A stretch of DNA of 64,000 nt, taken from the NCBI GenBank assembly GCA_002269645.1, contig NIVC01000001.1, positions 1,984,001 to 2,048,000 on the forward strand, in the 5' to 3' direction. This DNA comes from Macrostomum lignano (Eukaryota). Position 1 is the stretch's first letter. Each line of letters starts with the position of its first letter. The position numbers and the translations under genes were made by a program. Under the pieces are notes generated by a model. The model was not told where the DNA came from. It worked only from the letters and a program-made list of their open reading frames with translations, and made no database searches. Below, piece after piece: positions 48,086 through 60,880 of the stretch.

Positions 48086-49834
48086 AACTGCTGAATGATT
48101 TTTAAAAGACGAGACAAAATCAATAACCAGTTTAGCGAGACGGTTTGGGCGGATAGAGAATAATTCCTTTGTCTGAAATTATTAAAATAGATAACACAAT
48201 GGCGTCCAGATATGGAAGAGTCAGTACGTCAGGCATCATTTACTAGCTAGACTAATTTTTCTATTAAACAAGGCCTGCGTTGTCTGAAAAATACGATTGC
48301 TTGCACTGTAGTCACGTGACTACAGCACTCTACTGTAGTGCTCTCAAAATGAGTATCATTTATAGCAATCAGCGCCCCCCCCCCGTTGGGGAGCCGACAA
48401 AGAATGGAATACAATTTTTTTAATAAACTACATGTAGCTTCTCTTTGCAATAACATCAGCAATCCCTTGTGAGCCTTGGCATCTCTGCGATTCCCTCCAA
48501 GCCTTGACATTGTAGCAATTCCCAAATTAATCTTTTAACTTCGACATGACGCTTCTTTTCTTTTTTACATGACCCTTCTTCTGTAGATTTTTCAAATACA
48601 AAAACTAGTTCGATTTTGGTATCATTATATGGAGTGGAATTCATAATTAATGGGATATTTTTGTAGTTCGCTTTCTGTCCAAATAATAATGTTGTAATAA
48701 TGTTGATTTAAATGAAAAAAAATATTTTTTTAACCGAGAAATCCATCGGTTTTCACCTGTTAATTGCAGTGTGCCTTATAGTTTTTTTGGTTTTGTTGAA
48801 TACTGTATTGTTGATATCAATATAAAACGCTGCCATATGATAGCTAATTGAAGTGATTTGTTTATTTCATTAGCAGCAAACAAGAGAGCTTATGGCCTCC
48901 TGTATCAGCAAGAGAAAAGTGCAACTCAGAAACGCAACACACTTCAATTTCCATTAGTGTATCGATGTACACAAATGGCGACGACCTAGTAAGAGAAAAA
49001 TGCACAGAAAAGTGTCACTTCTCTGAAACAGTACTGGCCTCTTATTCATAGAATCCATCTAGGACATCCACATGTTGCAGGCCAGATCATATAAGAGCCA
49101 GAGCACAATATGCATTAGATCCGGAACGGAGCGGGCCAGCTGCTACCGCAATTGATTAAATTCTGATAGAATTTCTGGAGGATCTGCGTGGTTTGCCTTG
49201 GACACTCGTACAGTGTGCACTTCATGTAGCCTAGCCAACACCGATTCGTTCGATGGAAGCTGGCCTGGAGGTTTAAGGAAGGAATTGACAACTCCACGAG
49301 CTTAGGTCCCATATTGAGCGTTTGAAAGAAAAGCAAAAAATTAAGCGAGACAGACCACAGCAAACAGTGAATGGAGAGACTCGGTCAGCTCCATGCATGC
49401 ATAAAAAGCTCTACTGGCCAATTTATCTGAGTCGCGAGAAGCTTTAAATATGACAGCCGGTTTCTGCATGGCAGTTTCATCAATTTTGCCAGTTAATTTG
49501 CAAATCCATGTCAATCGGGAGTAGAAGGCTTGGGACCAAGATTTGATAAATTATATAACATACGGTGTGTGCATAGGGTAAGTGCATGCGAAGTGAAGGC
49601 TGCATAAGACAGATAGTATAATCAGGAATTACAGGCGGATATTGATGCGCTCCAACTGTAGTGTGTAGGCAAAAAATGCTCCTGCAGTGCCCACGTCTGA
49701 AGCCAAAACTCAGTTGCTGCAATTGCGATTTGTAGTAAAGTACATGTACTATAGCAATCAGCACCCCGTTGGGCAGCCAACAAAGAATGGAATAATTTTC
49801 TTAATGCACTCACTGCATTTAGTTTCTGACGACA

Positions 49835-50030
49835 GCCTTGACATCTCAGCAACTCCCCCAGTAAGCCTTGACATCTCATCAATTCCCTCTGTAAGCCTTG
49901 ACATCTCAGCAATTCCCTCAGTAAGCCTTGACGTCTCAGCAATTCCTCCTGTAAGCCTTGACATCTCAGCAATTTCTTCTGTAAGCCTCGATATCTCAGA
50001 AATTCCTTCTGTAAGCCTTGACATCTCAGC
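49835..50030. repeat. 30-bp minisatellite, about 7 copies (gtaagccttgacatctcagcaattccctca)
   Basis: Directly visible; 10-aa period. Confidence 0.9.
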
Positions 50031-50556
50031 AGAATGTCAGAGACACTATAATCTCTTAAACATGTTTAAGATTCCACCTCGTAACCAGTGTTAAACTTTT
50101 CTCAGACCTCAGAGCAAGTGGCGCAGGATCCAGGGGTCATGACGCGAGAGTCTGCAGATGCGTTTAGCGTGGGGCTGCATGCTCAGATCCCTTGTGCATC
50201 CAAGCAAGCATTGGGCGTGCTGCAGCAGGAGCTGGTCTAATTAGCATTCCACGATGGCCAGCAGCTAGAAGAATTGCCTGTTACATAGCAGCTACCTGAT
50301 TACTACGGGAATTCCTTTAAACAAGTGAATAGGCGGGCAGACAAGCTTAATTAGCTGTACATGTACACCTCGTACAGTGGATACAGCAAGCCATGCGTTT
50401 TGCCAGTTCTGTAGCTATGGACACCACGCGGATATTGCTGCATCGTAATTTTGACGAAATGCAGGCTCACTTACAATTATCCTTTGCACCTACGGCAGCC
50501 AGAAGGAAAATAACGATACTTTTGCTCCAAACTTTCACATTTGACAGTAGTCGTAG

Positions 50557-51693
50557 TAGTGGTAAGGCAGAATTGTGATACCGCCGCATTTAGCACTGGA
50601 GAGATAGGCGGGAATGCAGTAACCAATAGGAAAGAATACACTGCAGGGATAGGAGCCCCAATCTCTGTGTATTGGGGACGGCTAGCACTGAGGAGATTGG
50701 AGGCCCATCTCTGTGCATTGGGGACGGCTAGCACTGAGGAGATTGGAGGCCCATCTCTGTGCATTGGGGACGGCTAGCACTGAGGAGATTGGAGGCCCAT
50801 CTCTGTGCATTGGGGACGGCTAGCACTGAGGAGATTGGAGGCCCATCTCTGTGCATTGGGGACGGCTAGCACTGAGGAGATAGGAGCCCCAATCTCTGTG
50901 CATTGGGGACGGCTAGCACTGCAGGGATAGGAGCCCCAATCTCTGTGCATTGGGGACGGCTAGCACTGAGGAGATAGGAGCCCCAATCTCTGTGCATTGG
51001 GGACGGCTAGCACTGCAGGGATAGGAGCCCCAATCTCTGTGCATTGGGGACGGCTAGCACTGAGGAGATGGAGCCCCAATCTCTGTGCATTGGGGACGGC
51101 TAGCACTGCAGGGATAGGAGCCCCAATCTCTGTGCATTGGGGACGGCTAGCACTGCAGGGATAGGAGCCCCAATCTCTGTGTATTGGGGACGGCTAGCAC
51201 TGAGGAGATTGGAGGCCCATCTCTGTGCATTGGGGACGGCTAGCACTGCAGGGATAGGAGCCCCTGCAATCTCTGTGCATTGGGGACGGCTAGCACTGAG
51301 GAGATTGGAGGCCCATCTCTGTGCATTGGGGACGGCTAGCACTGCAGGGATAGGAGCCCCAATCTCTGTGCATTGGGGACGGCTAGCACTGAGGAGATAG
51401 GAGGCCCATCTCTGTGCATTGGGGACGGCTAGCACAGAGGAGATAGGAGGCCCATCTCTGTGCATTGGGGACGGCTAGCACTGCAGGGATAGGAGCCCCA
51501 ATCTCTGTGCATTGGGGACGGCTAGCACTGCAGGGATAGGAGCCCCAATCTCTGTGCATTGGGAGCGGCTAGCACTGAGGACGGCTAGCGTTTTTTTGGG
51601 ACCTCCTATCACCGCAGTGTATTCTTTCCTATCCTTTTGCATTGCATCTCGGCAGTGCTAACGCGGCAATATCATAATTCCGCTTTACTACTG
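50557..51693. mobile_element. TIR/foldback element with ~105-bp inverted arms enclosing a 46-47-bp minisatellite (about 20 copies, 50645-51575)
   Basis: Left tagtggtaaggcagaattgtgataccgccgcatttagcactg...ataggaaagaatacactgcagggataggagcccca vs reverse complement of right cagtagtaaagcggaattatgatattgccgcgttagcactg...ataggaaagaatacactgcggtgataggaggtccca. Confidence 0.85.
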
Positions 51694-52704
51694 ACAGTCT
51701 CTTCTCAAGTAGCAGTTTTTTTCCCCGAATTTAGGTCGATAAACCTATGAAGCCACTTCGGACCTAAACACCTGCTCGTGGTTAGAGCAGGTAAGAAATC
51801 GTAATAAACTGTCCATAGAAAGCGTAGCTTCTATAGTGGTCCTTGATGTGTAATTCTACATGTAGTATCGCTCTGCAGATGAGCTCAGCAATCACAGCGC
51901 TGATACACTTTGAAGAGCTCTTAATGAGAATCACTCAGTGTATTTGGCTTAGGATTCTCAAGAGGCCCAGACAGGCAAGGACTTACAGTGATGACGCTCG
52001 TAGGTTGCACTTGTAATGCAAAATCCCATTGAAATGATCAGTCATCAGTCAGAGCAAGCACTTTGGAGTTTTAGTCAAAATGTGTTTCAGACACGCGAGA
52101 TGTGTGCATCATCATCTAATATTGGACAATTTTTCGGTCATCTGCACCTGAAGATACACTGCGTTCGAAAACAAATCACTAATAAATGTATAACAGAAGG
52201 CTGCCTTAACAAATCATTTAGTCGAACAGGTGATCCTCCTTGGTTCGCTGAAGCAGCAGGGACAGAAGCAAATAATTTTAGAGTTACACAGGCCTCTGAA
52301 AGAAGAAAACCAATCAGCCAAGAGTAAATATACAGCTTAGAAATGCAAAAATGAGGCGCTTTGATTTGCAATCACTGGAAAAGATTGAAGGCAGATGGCG
52401 AGTGCTTCAATCCTTCATCAAGCTATGATTTCTTTGCATAGCTATAAAACTTAACAAAATGGAGAAAGTACCTTTTAATTAGCACGGCATTTTACTTGCT
52501 TTTAGTTTTGCTTTTCTACAGAAAACCGGAGACCAAAGCAAGTAAAGATAAGTACGCGTATGTACATATAACGATTTTTTTATCAGCTCCATTTCGAATT
52601 TTGAATAAATACGAGGTGCAAGCAACTTCAAGTTTCAAAAGTTTCTAAAGTTTTATAACTCGAGCCATCTCTAGAGAGTTTCAACCAGTCGGAGGAACTG
52701 GATC

Positions 52705-53270
52705 GGATGGGTGGCGGTGACCCAGCAACTGAGGATCCGCGAGGGTTGCGGTGGCCCAGCAACTGAGGATCCGGGAGGGTTGCGGTGGCCCAGCAACTGA
52801 GGATCCGGGAGGGTTGCGGTGGCCCAGCAACTGAGGATCCGGGAGGGTTGCGGTGGCCCAGCAACTGAGGATCCGCGAGGGTTGCGGTGGCCCAGCAACT
52901 GAGGATCCGGGAGGGTTGCGGTGGCCCAGGAACTGAGGGTCCGGGAGGGTTGCGGTGGCTCAGGAACTGAGGATCCGGGAGGGTTGCGGTGCCTAGAAAC
53001 TGAGGATCTGGGAGGGTAGCCCAGCAATTAAGGATCTGGGAAGCTGGCCCAGACACTGAGGATCTGGGAGGCTGGCCCAGACACTGAGGATCTGGGAGGC
53101 TGGCCCAGACACTGAGGATCTGGGAGGCTGGCCCAGACACTGAGGATCTGGGAGGCTGGCCCAGCAAGTGAGGATCTGGGAGGCTGGCCCAGACACTGAG
53201 GATCTCGGAGGGTTGCGGTGGCCTAGCAACTGAGGATCTGGGAGGGTGGCGACGGCCCAGCAACTGATCT
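52705..53270. repeat. Composite minisatellite: 34-bp units (ggcccagcaactgaggatccgggagggttgcggt) changing to 28-bp units (ggcccagacactgaggatctgggaggct)
   Basis: Directly visible. Confidence 0.9.
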
Positions 53271-54109
53271 GAAATAAATGCCCGAGTCAAAAAGGCGCCA
53301 GAAGCGGCAAGAGCAATATGAAAGAAAAATATTCAACAAATAAACAGACAGAGGCTCTGGCAAACCGCGTGTTTGTTACGACGACCAAATCGAGTGTAAT
53401 TCGCGCAGTTTCTCTCGCTATTTTAATCCGCAAACGGAGCAACGATTTCAAAAAGAAAAGTCTGTCTTGGACAGGACAGGACTTCGCCACTTCAATCTAA
53501 AGCTTTTTTCAAAACCCAGTCATAAAATCCGGCCGATTTATAAATATTGGCGGCATACTACTGATTGCAGACGCCGAAAGTAGTGCAACGCAGGAAAAAT
53601 ACGCACACAAACGAAGGTGCTATTATTGAATACAGAAAGCTAACGGAGTCAACATCAAATGATAATAATGCAACTGAAAACGCACAGATGACAGCTCGTG
53701 ACGAAGCCTAAATAAAAATACAGCAACTCTTGCACTGACTTCGGTCAGCAAAAACGCCAAACGGAACCCCACTGCAGGGGCTGGCGACACAAATGAAATA
53801 ATTGATGCATATATAGAGTTCAGTGTTTAAATTAATTTTGTCGCATAAAAATCACTAATACAGTGCAGTACAGTGAATAAATAAATTATTGAAAGCTTGT
53901 CTGCCTTTGAAAGATAGAAACTGCACCGCCTAAAACTGTTTGTACTTGAGAATTTCGGAGATGATGCTTAAGGATGGTAATATAATGAATATGACAGTTG
54001 GATTATTGATGGGGAGATGGAATGTGACAGAGGGAATGGAATGGAGATAGAGGAGATGGAATAGACATAGGGGGGATAGAATGAAGATAGAGCGGATGGA
54101 ATGGAGATA

Positions 54110-54710
54110 GAGGGGATATAATGATGGTATAAGGAATATAATGATGATAGAAAGGATATAATGATGATAGAAAGGATATAATGATGATAGAAAGGATATA
54201 ATGATGATAGAAAGGATATAATGATGATAGAAGGGATATAATGATGATAGAAGGGATATAATGATGATAGAAGGGGTATAATGATGATATAAGGGATATA
54301 ATGATGATATAAGGGATATAATGATGATATAAGGGATATAATGATGATAGAAGGGATATAACGATGATAGAAGGGATATAATGATGATATAAGGGATATA
54401 ATGATGATATAAGGTATATAATGATGATATAAGGGATATAATGATGATAGAAGGGATATAATGATGATAGAAGGGATATAATGATGATATAAGGGATATA
54501 ATGATGATATAAGGTATATAATGATGATATAAGGTATATAATGATGATATAAGGTATATAATGATGATATAAGGTATATAATGATGATATAAGGGATATA
54601 ATGATGATATAAGGTATATAATGATGATATAAGGTATATAATGATGATATAAGGTATATAATGATGATATAAGGGATATAATGATGATATAAGGGATAGA
54701 ATGATGATAG
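54110..54710. repeat. 20-bp minisatellite, about 30 copies (tataatgatgatataaggga)
   Basis: Directly visible. Confidence 0.95.
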
Positions 54711-55124
54711 AATGCGCGGACAAGCTTTCAACAGAAATCCAACACATCTGAGAACAGGAATGTGCTGCAACGAAAAGCTAAAATCGCAGAACAAACAGAC
54801 TACGAAAGCTACATGTAATTTAGAACTAAGAAAATTAATATTTCGATTTGAATTTCTGCGTTTTTTCGATAATTGGACAAAGAAAAAAGATTAACAAAAG
54901 AATCAACAGAGACGCTAGAAAAGATTTTTTTAAAAACAACAAAAAGCATTGATAGCATATTATTGCACCACTTGGAAGTTATGCGTTGCGAACTTACGCC
55001 AAAGGCCTGCCTCGCAAAAAATATTACGGTTTATTCTTTTATATTGACGCATCTTATAGAATGCTTTCACAAGAGAATAAATTTTTTAATTGTTCTATAC
55101 TGAAGTTGAAAATTCGAGACACAT

Positions 55125-55730
55125 TCTCAATGGACACAGGTGTGGACACATGGACAATTATTCAATGGACACAAGTGTGGACACATGGACAATTATTCAA
55201 TAGACACAAGTGTGGACACATGGACAATTATTCAATAGACACAAGTGTGGACACATGGACAATTATTCAATGGACACAGGTGTGGACACATGGACAATTA
55301 TTCAATGGACACAGGTGTGGACACATGGACAATTATTCAATGGACACAGGTGTGGACACATGGACAATTATTCAATGGACACAGGTGTGGACACATGGAC
55401 AATTATTCAATGGACACAGGTGTGGACACATAGACAATTATTCAATGGACAGGTGTGGACACATGGACAATTATTCAATGGACACAGGTGTGGACACATG
55501 GACAATTATTCAATGGACACAGGTGTGGACACATGGACAATTATTCAATGGACACAGGTGTGGACACATAGACAATTATTCAATGGACACAGGTGTGGAC
55601 ACATGGACAATTATTCAATGGACACAGGTGTGGACACATGGACAATTATTCAATGGACACAGGACTGGACACATGAACAATTATTCAATGGACACAGGTG
55701 TGGACACATAGACAATTATTCAATGGACAC
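55125..55730. repeat. 35-bp minisatellite, about 17 copies (tggacacatggacaattattcaatggacacaggtg)
   Basis: Directly visible; 35-aa (3-unit) period in the ORF track. Confidence 0.95.
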
Positions 55731-55923
55731 ATGAATGGACACAATAAAGACTTGCTCAACGGACACATGAATGGACACAATAAAGACTTTCTCAACGGAC
55801 ACACGGGAGGACACAAAATATATAGTAGACACACGAGTGGACTCATAAAAACTTACATTCAGTGGACACAGTTCAGTTGAGGACGCACAGTTCCCACTGC
55901 ATCCAAGCGGTCACGAAAAAGCC

Positions 55924-58471
55924 TCAGTGGCAGTGCTCGGATATGTCTATGGTAGTGCGGCGGAGCCAGCCAAATAGGAAATAGCCGAGTGTGGAGCCGA
56001 GAATGACAGCTAAACAGAGCCAGACAGAGTAGGTCATGAACACCAGCATCAGCGCGTAGGACAGGCTGATCTGCAGGGCGTGCAGGCCCGTCTGGAGGGC
56101 GTGCGCCCCCGACAGCATGGCGAGATCGCTGAGGAATTTCAAATTTCAATAAATCGGATTAAATGATGCCTAATTAAAAGCTAATGTTGTCTCATGTAGA
56201 TCTACGAGTGTTTATGTCTAATTTGGATATAATGATGCCTAAAGTGGATATAATGATGCCTAATGTGGATCTAATGATGGCTAGTGTGGAGCTAATGATG
56301 TTTAATGCGGATCTAATGATGCCTAATGTGGATTTGATGACGACTAACCATGGATCTAATGATGACTAATTATGGACATAATGATACCTAATTTGGATCT
56401 AATGATGCCTAATTTTAAATCTAATTATATCTGATGTGGATCTAATGATGCCTAATTATGGACATAATGATACCTAATGTAGATCTAATGACGCCTAATT
56501 TCAATCTAATTATGCCTAAAGTGGATCTAATGATGCCTAATTATGGACATAATGATACCTAATGTGGATCTAATGATGCCTAATGTGGGTCTAATGATGC
56601 CTAATGTGGGTCTAATGATGTCTAATGTGGATCTAATGATGTCCAATGGGGATCTAATGATGTCTAATGTGGATCTAATGATGTCTAATGTGGATTTGAT
56701 GACGCCTAATTATGGATCTAATGATGCCTAATTATGGATATAATGATACCTAATGTGGATCCAATGATGCCTAATTATCAATCTAATGATGCCTAATGTG
56801 GATCTAATGATGCCTAATGTGGATCTAATGATGCCTAATTTTCAATCTAATGATGCCTAATGCGGATCTTATGATGCCTAATGTGGGTCTAATGATGCCT
56901 AATGTGGGTCTAATGATGTCTAATGTGGATCTAATGATGTCTAATGGGGATCTAATGATGTCTAATGTGGATCTAATGATGTCTAATGTGGATTTGATGA
57001 CGCCTAATTATGGATCTAATGATGCCTAATTATGGATATAATGATACCTAATGTGGATCCAATGATGCCTAATTATCAATCTAATGATGCCTAATGTGGA
57101 TCTAATGATGCCTAATGTGGATCTAATGATGCCTAATTTTCAATCTAATGATGCCTAATGCGGATCTTATGATGCCTAATGTGGATCTAATGATGCCTAA
57201 TGCGAACCTAATTATGCCTAATGTGGATCTAATGCCTAATGTGGATCTAATGCCTAATGTAGGTGGAGTTGCGCTTGATGTGAATGTGATGAGACTTAAA
57301 ATGATTATGAATTCTGATATATTACTGTCTATTGGCGAACAAGAGATCAGTATGTTTATCAAATTAGTTTCAAAGTAGTTCCGTTTCTCTCACCGGCCCT
57401 TGGGCACGTAGGTCTCTGGTTGGGTTCCGTCAGGCACAAAACTGGCGCCGGCGCCGTTCCGACCTGCGCGTCGACCAACGGCGTTAGCAATTAGCAGGTG
57501 CTCGCGCAGCACTTTTAAGCCTTCGTAGAGAGCCGCCAGAACGAATATCACTAGGCATGCGCCTACCATGCCTGTTGGTTTGCAAAAAATGCAAATAACT
57601 TTAATTATTCAGTACTCGCTACTTTCAGCAGTAGTCTGATTGGAACAGAGCACAAATGCAGATATAAATGCTACGAATGAAAACAGGCCACGTACCACCG
57701 GCACTGATGACTAGGAACGGCTTGAAAAGCACGTAGTCAGATAGCATCGTGTGAAAGTACATCTGGAACGAATGCATCAACTCATTTAATCACTATATAT
57801 TGTAGATGCCTTAGCCTGGTACTCGTAGCTGCTTATAAACCTATAATTACAGGATGGTAGTAGACCATCAACTGAGGATCTGAGAGGCTGGCCCAGCAAC
57901 TGAGGATCTGGAAGGCTGGCCCAGCAACTGAGGATCTGAGAGGCTGGCCCAGCAACTGAAGATCTGGGAGGCTGGTCCAGCAACTGATGATCTAAGAGGC
58001 TGGCCCAGCAACTGAGAATCTGGGAGGATGGCCCAGCAACTGAGAATCTGGGAGGCTGGCCCAGCAACTGAGAATCTGGGAGGCTGGCTCAGCAAATGAG
58101 GATTTAAGAGGGTGGCAGTAGCCCAGAAACTGAGGATCTGAGAGGCTGGCCCAGCAACTGAGAATCTGGGAGGCTGGCTCAGCAAATGAGGATCTGGGAA
58201 GCTGGCCCAGCAACTGAGAATCTGGGAGGATGGCCCAGCAACTGAGAATGTGGGAGGCTGGCCCAGCAACTGAGAATGTGGGAGGCTGGCTCAGCAAGTG
58301 AGGATCTGGGAGGCTGGCCGCCCAATGAATGCAGCAAGTTCAGCCCTAGAGTCTCACCATCATCATGTGGCCGCCAAACGAGCCGTTTTTGCTAGGCATG
58401 GACATGCCTGGCATAGCGGAGTCGGAGTCGGCACCGCCGCCCATCATCATTTTGGCATGGTCGTGGCTCAT
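55924..58471 (-). CDS. SLC31A1: High-affinity copper transporter Ctr1; exons 58471-58358, 57762-57696, 57571-57394, 56128-55924; 187 aa
   Basis: Met/His-rich N-terminus (MSHDHAKMMM...GHMMMMYFH), TM1 LAALYEGLKVLRE, MxxxM (MLVFM), GxxxG (GSTLG) and C-terminal DISEHCH. All three introns are GT-AG with matching phases 0, 1 and 2. Confidence 0.95.
56190..57260. repeat. 21-bp minisatellite (gatctaatgatgcctaatgtg) in Ctr1 intron 3
   Basis: Directly visible; 7-aa period. Confidence 0.95.
57870..58320. repeat. 28-bp minisatellite (ggcccagcaactgaggatctgggaggct) in Ctr1 intron 1; same family as 52705-53270
   Basis: Directly visible. Confidence 0.9.
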
Positions 58472-60009
58472 GACTGAATCCTTAAAGGCCTGCAGAAACT
58501 TGCTATGCAGTTGGGCGGCTTACGCAAGCTGCAGTTGCAACAGAGTTTTCAACGGCCTTTAAATAATTATGCTGTATCAAGGCAAAGTTAAATGAGCGAA
58601 TGAAACAGAAAATGTCAGCGCCAATGGCTACAACTGGTCCTTATCAAGCCGTGCTCTAAGTGCACTGCGCAACGGCACACAGTCAACACTTAGCGAATAA
58701 AATTAATTAGGTAATACCGCTGCAATTAGAGCTTCGTTGTAAAACATTTTCGGTAGTTGATAATTGCAGCCAATACGTGTTGTGTGTTGGATCATTGGTG
58801 ACTCCTTCAAGGTTCCATATAGCCTTAGGACTCGCAGAAATATTCGTATTAATGGACTTGCTCTAGTGAACTTCAGCAGCTCCTCCCTCCTCTTGCTCCA
58901 CAATCGCACTGTGGTCTCCGTTCTAAAAGCAGAGGTGTCTCAAAGACCACCTTGATCAGTTTTTAGGCTTCTCTTTTCCTTTGTCCTGTTCTCCTTCCAT
59001 CCTCTCCCTTTGTCTTCTTTCAATTCCTTTCCGCCTTTCCTCTTTGGTGCCGCTGTTACAACTGTGAGTGCGTATCCCTGAGTACGAATCGACTGTCTAA
59101 AAAACTAACTCATGGCGAGATCTCAGCCAATTTTCCTGAGCACAAGCCCCGAATTAATAATGTGGCCTCGCTTTAGATTGCCCTATGCGATTCTAAAGCT
59201 TTATCCCTGCCAATAAAAGATCAAAGATGAAATTGGTTTCCGCAGTCGTGCGGAAACACTGGGCCAATTATTCAAATAGGAAATAACATCCTTCTCAGAA
59301 AAAATGCACAAGATTTCACCAGACCTTTCACATGTAGATAAGACCCTCTCAAGCAATCTAGAGCAACAGTGTCGGAAAATAGAAAGAAGCCGTATAAGAC
59401 CAGAAAACACGCGGGGTTGGAATTGAGAAGCAGAACAGATAGGGCTAAACTGGATGCTAGTCACGAGCCGTTTCGTGACACAGCCTAAATTATTTGAGCA
59501 AGTTCTTGCACTCAAAAATGAACTGAGCAAATAAACAAAGGTCTATTCTAAACGTTTCTATTCTTCAACTAAAAAAAACTTTTGTGCCGAGTAATTAAGC
59601 TTCGCCTTTGTTAAATAGGCTCTCCAAATACAGGAGTACTTTTTGTGTTTGCAGAAATGCACTAACGTTTAGAATAGGTTATTTAACCTTTCTCATATGC
59701 GCTAGCGCTAGCTTAGACACTGGTACGAGAGGCACTCAATAGGTCTAATACTGAATCTTTGAAATTAAATATGCTAGGGCTTATAAACTTCACAAGCATA
59801 ATTTGGGCCAACCCAAAACGGACTATGAAATATCGGCTATGGATTCGGCGCCACCAAAAGTGCACTGAGAAGGGTGGAGACGACTTTGAAGCATTGCAAC
59901 ATGTTTATTGTTTATTGTTTTACGTTAATTCCATTGAGAAAAAATCCTCATTTCAATGACTTTTTAGGCGCGATAGAAGAGTTGCAAGATCATCCAATAT
60001 CATTATTGC

Positions 60010-60880
60010 TGTCTCCCTGTCTCTCCTCCTCTCGTGCCTCTTCTTCTCTCGTGTCTCTCCTCCTCTCGTGTCTCTCCTCCTCTCGTGTCTCTCCTCCTCT
60101 CGTGTCTCTCCTCCTCTCGTGCCTCTCCTCCTCTCGTGTCTCTCCTCTCGTGCCTTTCCTTCTCTCGTGTCTCTCCTCCTCTCGTGTCTCTCCTCCTCTT
60201 GTGTCTCTCCTCTTCTCGTGTCTCTCCTCTTCTCGTGTCTCTCCTCCTCTCGTGTCTCTCCTCCTCTCGTGTCTCTCCTCTTCTCGTGTCTCTCCTCCTC
60301 TCGTGTCTCTCCTCCTCTCGTGTCTCTCCTCCTCTTGTGTCTCTCCTTCTCTTGTGTCTCACCTCCTCTCGTGTCTCACCTCCTCTCGTGTCTCTCCTCC
60401 TCTTGTGTCTCTCCTCCTCTCGTGTCTCTCCTCCTCTCGTGTCTCTCCTCCTCTTGTGTCTCTCCTCCTCTTGTGTCTCTCCTCCTCTTGTGTCTCTCCT
60501 CCTCTTGTGTCTCTCCTCCTCTCGTGTCTCACCTCCTCTCGTGTCTCACCTCCTCTCGTGTCTCTCCTCCTCTTGTGTCTCTCCTCCTCTCGTGTCTCTC
60601 CTCCTCTTGTGTCTCTCCTCCTCTTGTGTCTCTCCTCCTCTTGTGTCTCTCCTCCTCTTGTGTCTCACCTCCTCTCGTGTCTCTCCTCCTCTCGTGTCTC
60701 TCCTTCTCTCGTGTTTCTCCTCCTCCCGTGTCTCTCCTCCCGTGTCTCTCCTCCTCTTGTGTCTCTCCTCCTCCCGTGTCTCTCCTCCTCCCGTGTCTCA
60801 CCTCCTCCCGTGTCTCACCTCCTCTCGTGTCTCTCCTCTTGTGTCTCTCTTTCTCCTCCTCTCGTGTCTCTCCTTCTCGC
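60010..60880. repeat. 17-bp pyrimidine-rich minisatellite, about 50 copies (ctcctcctctcgtgtct)
   Basis: Directly visible. Confidence 0.95.

Noticed and set aside
53968-55880. His/Tyr/Ile-rich and HGQLFNGHRCG ORFs
   Set aside because: Translations of the 20-bp and 35-bp minisatellites.
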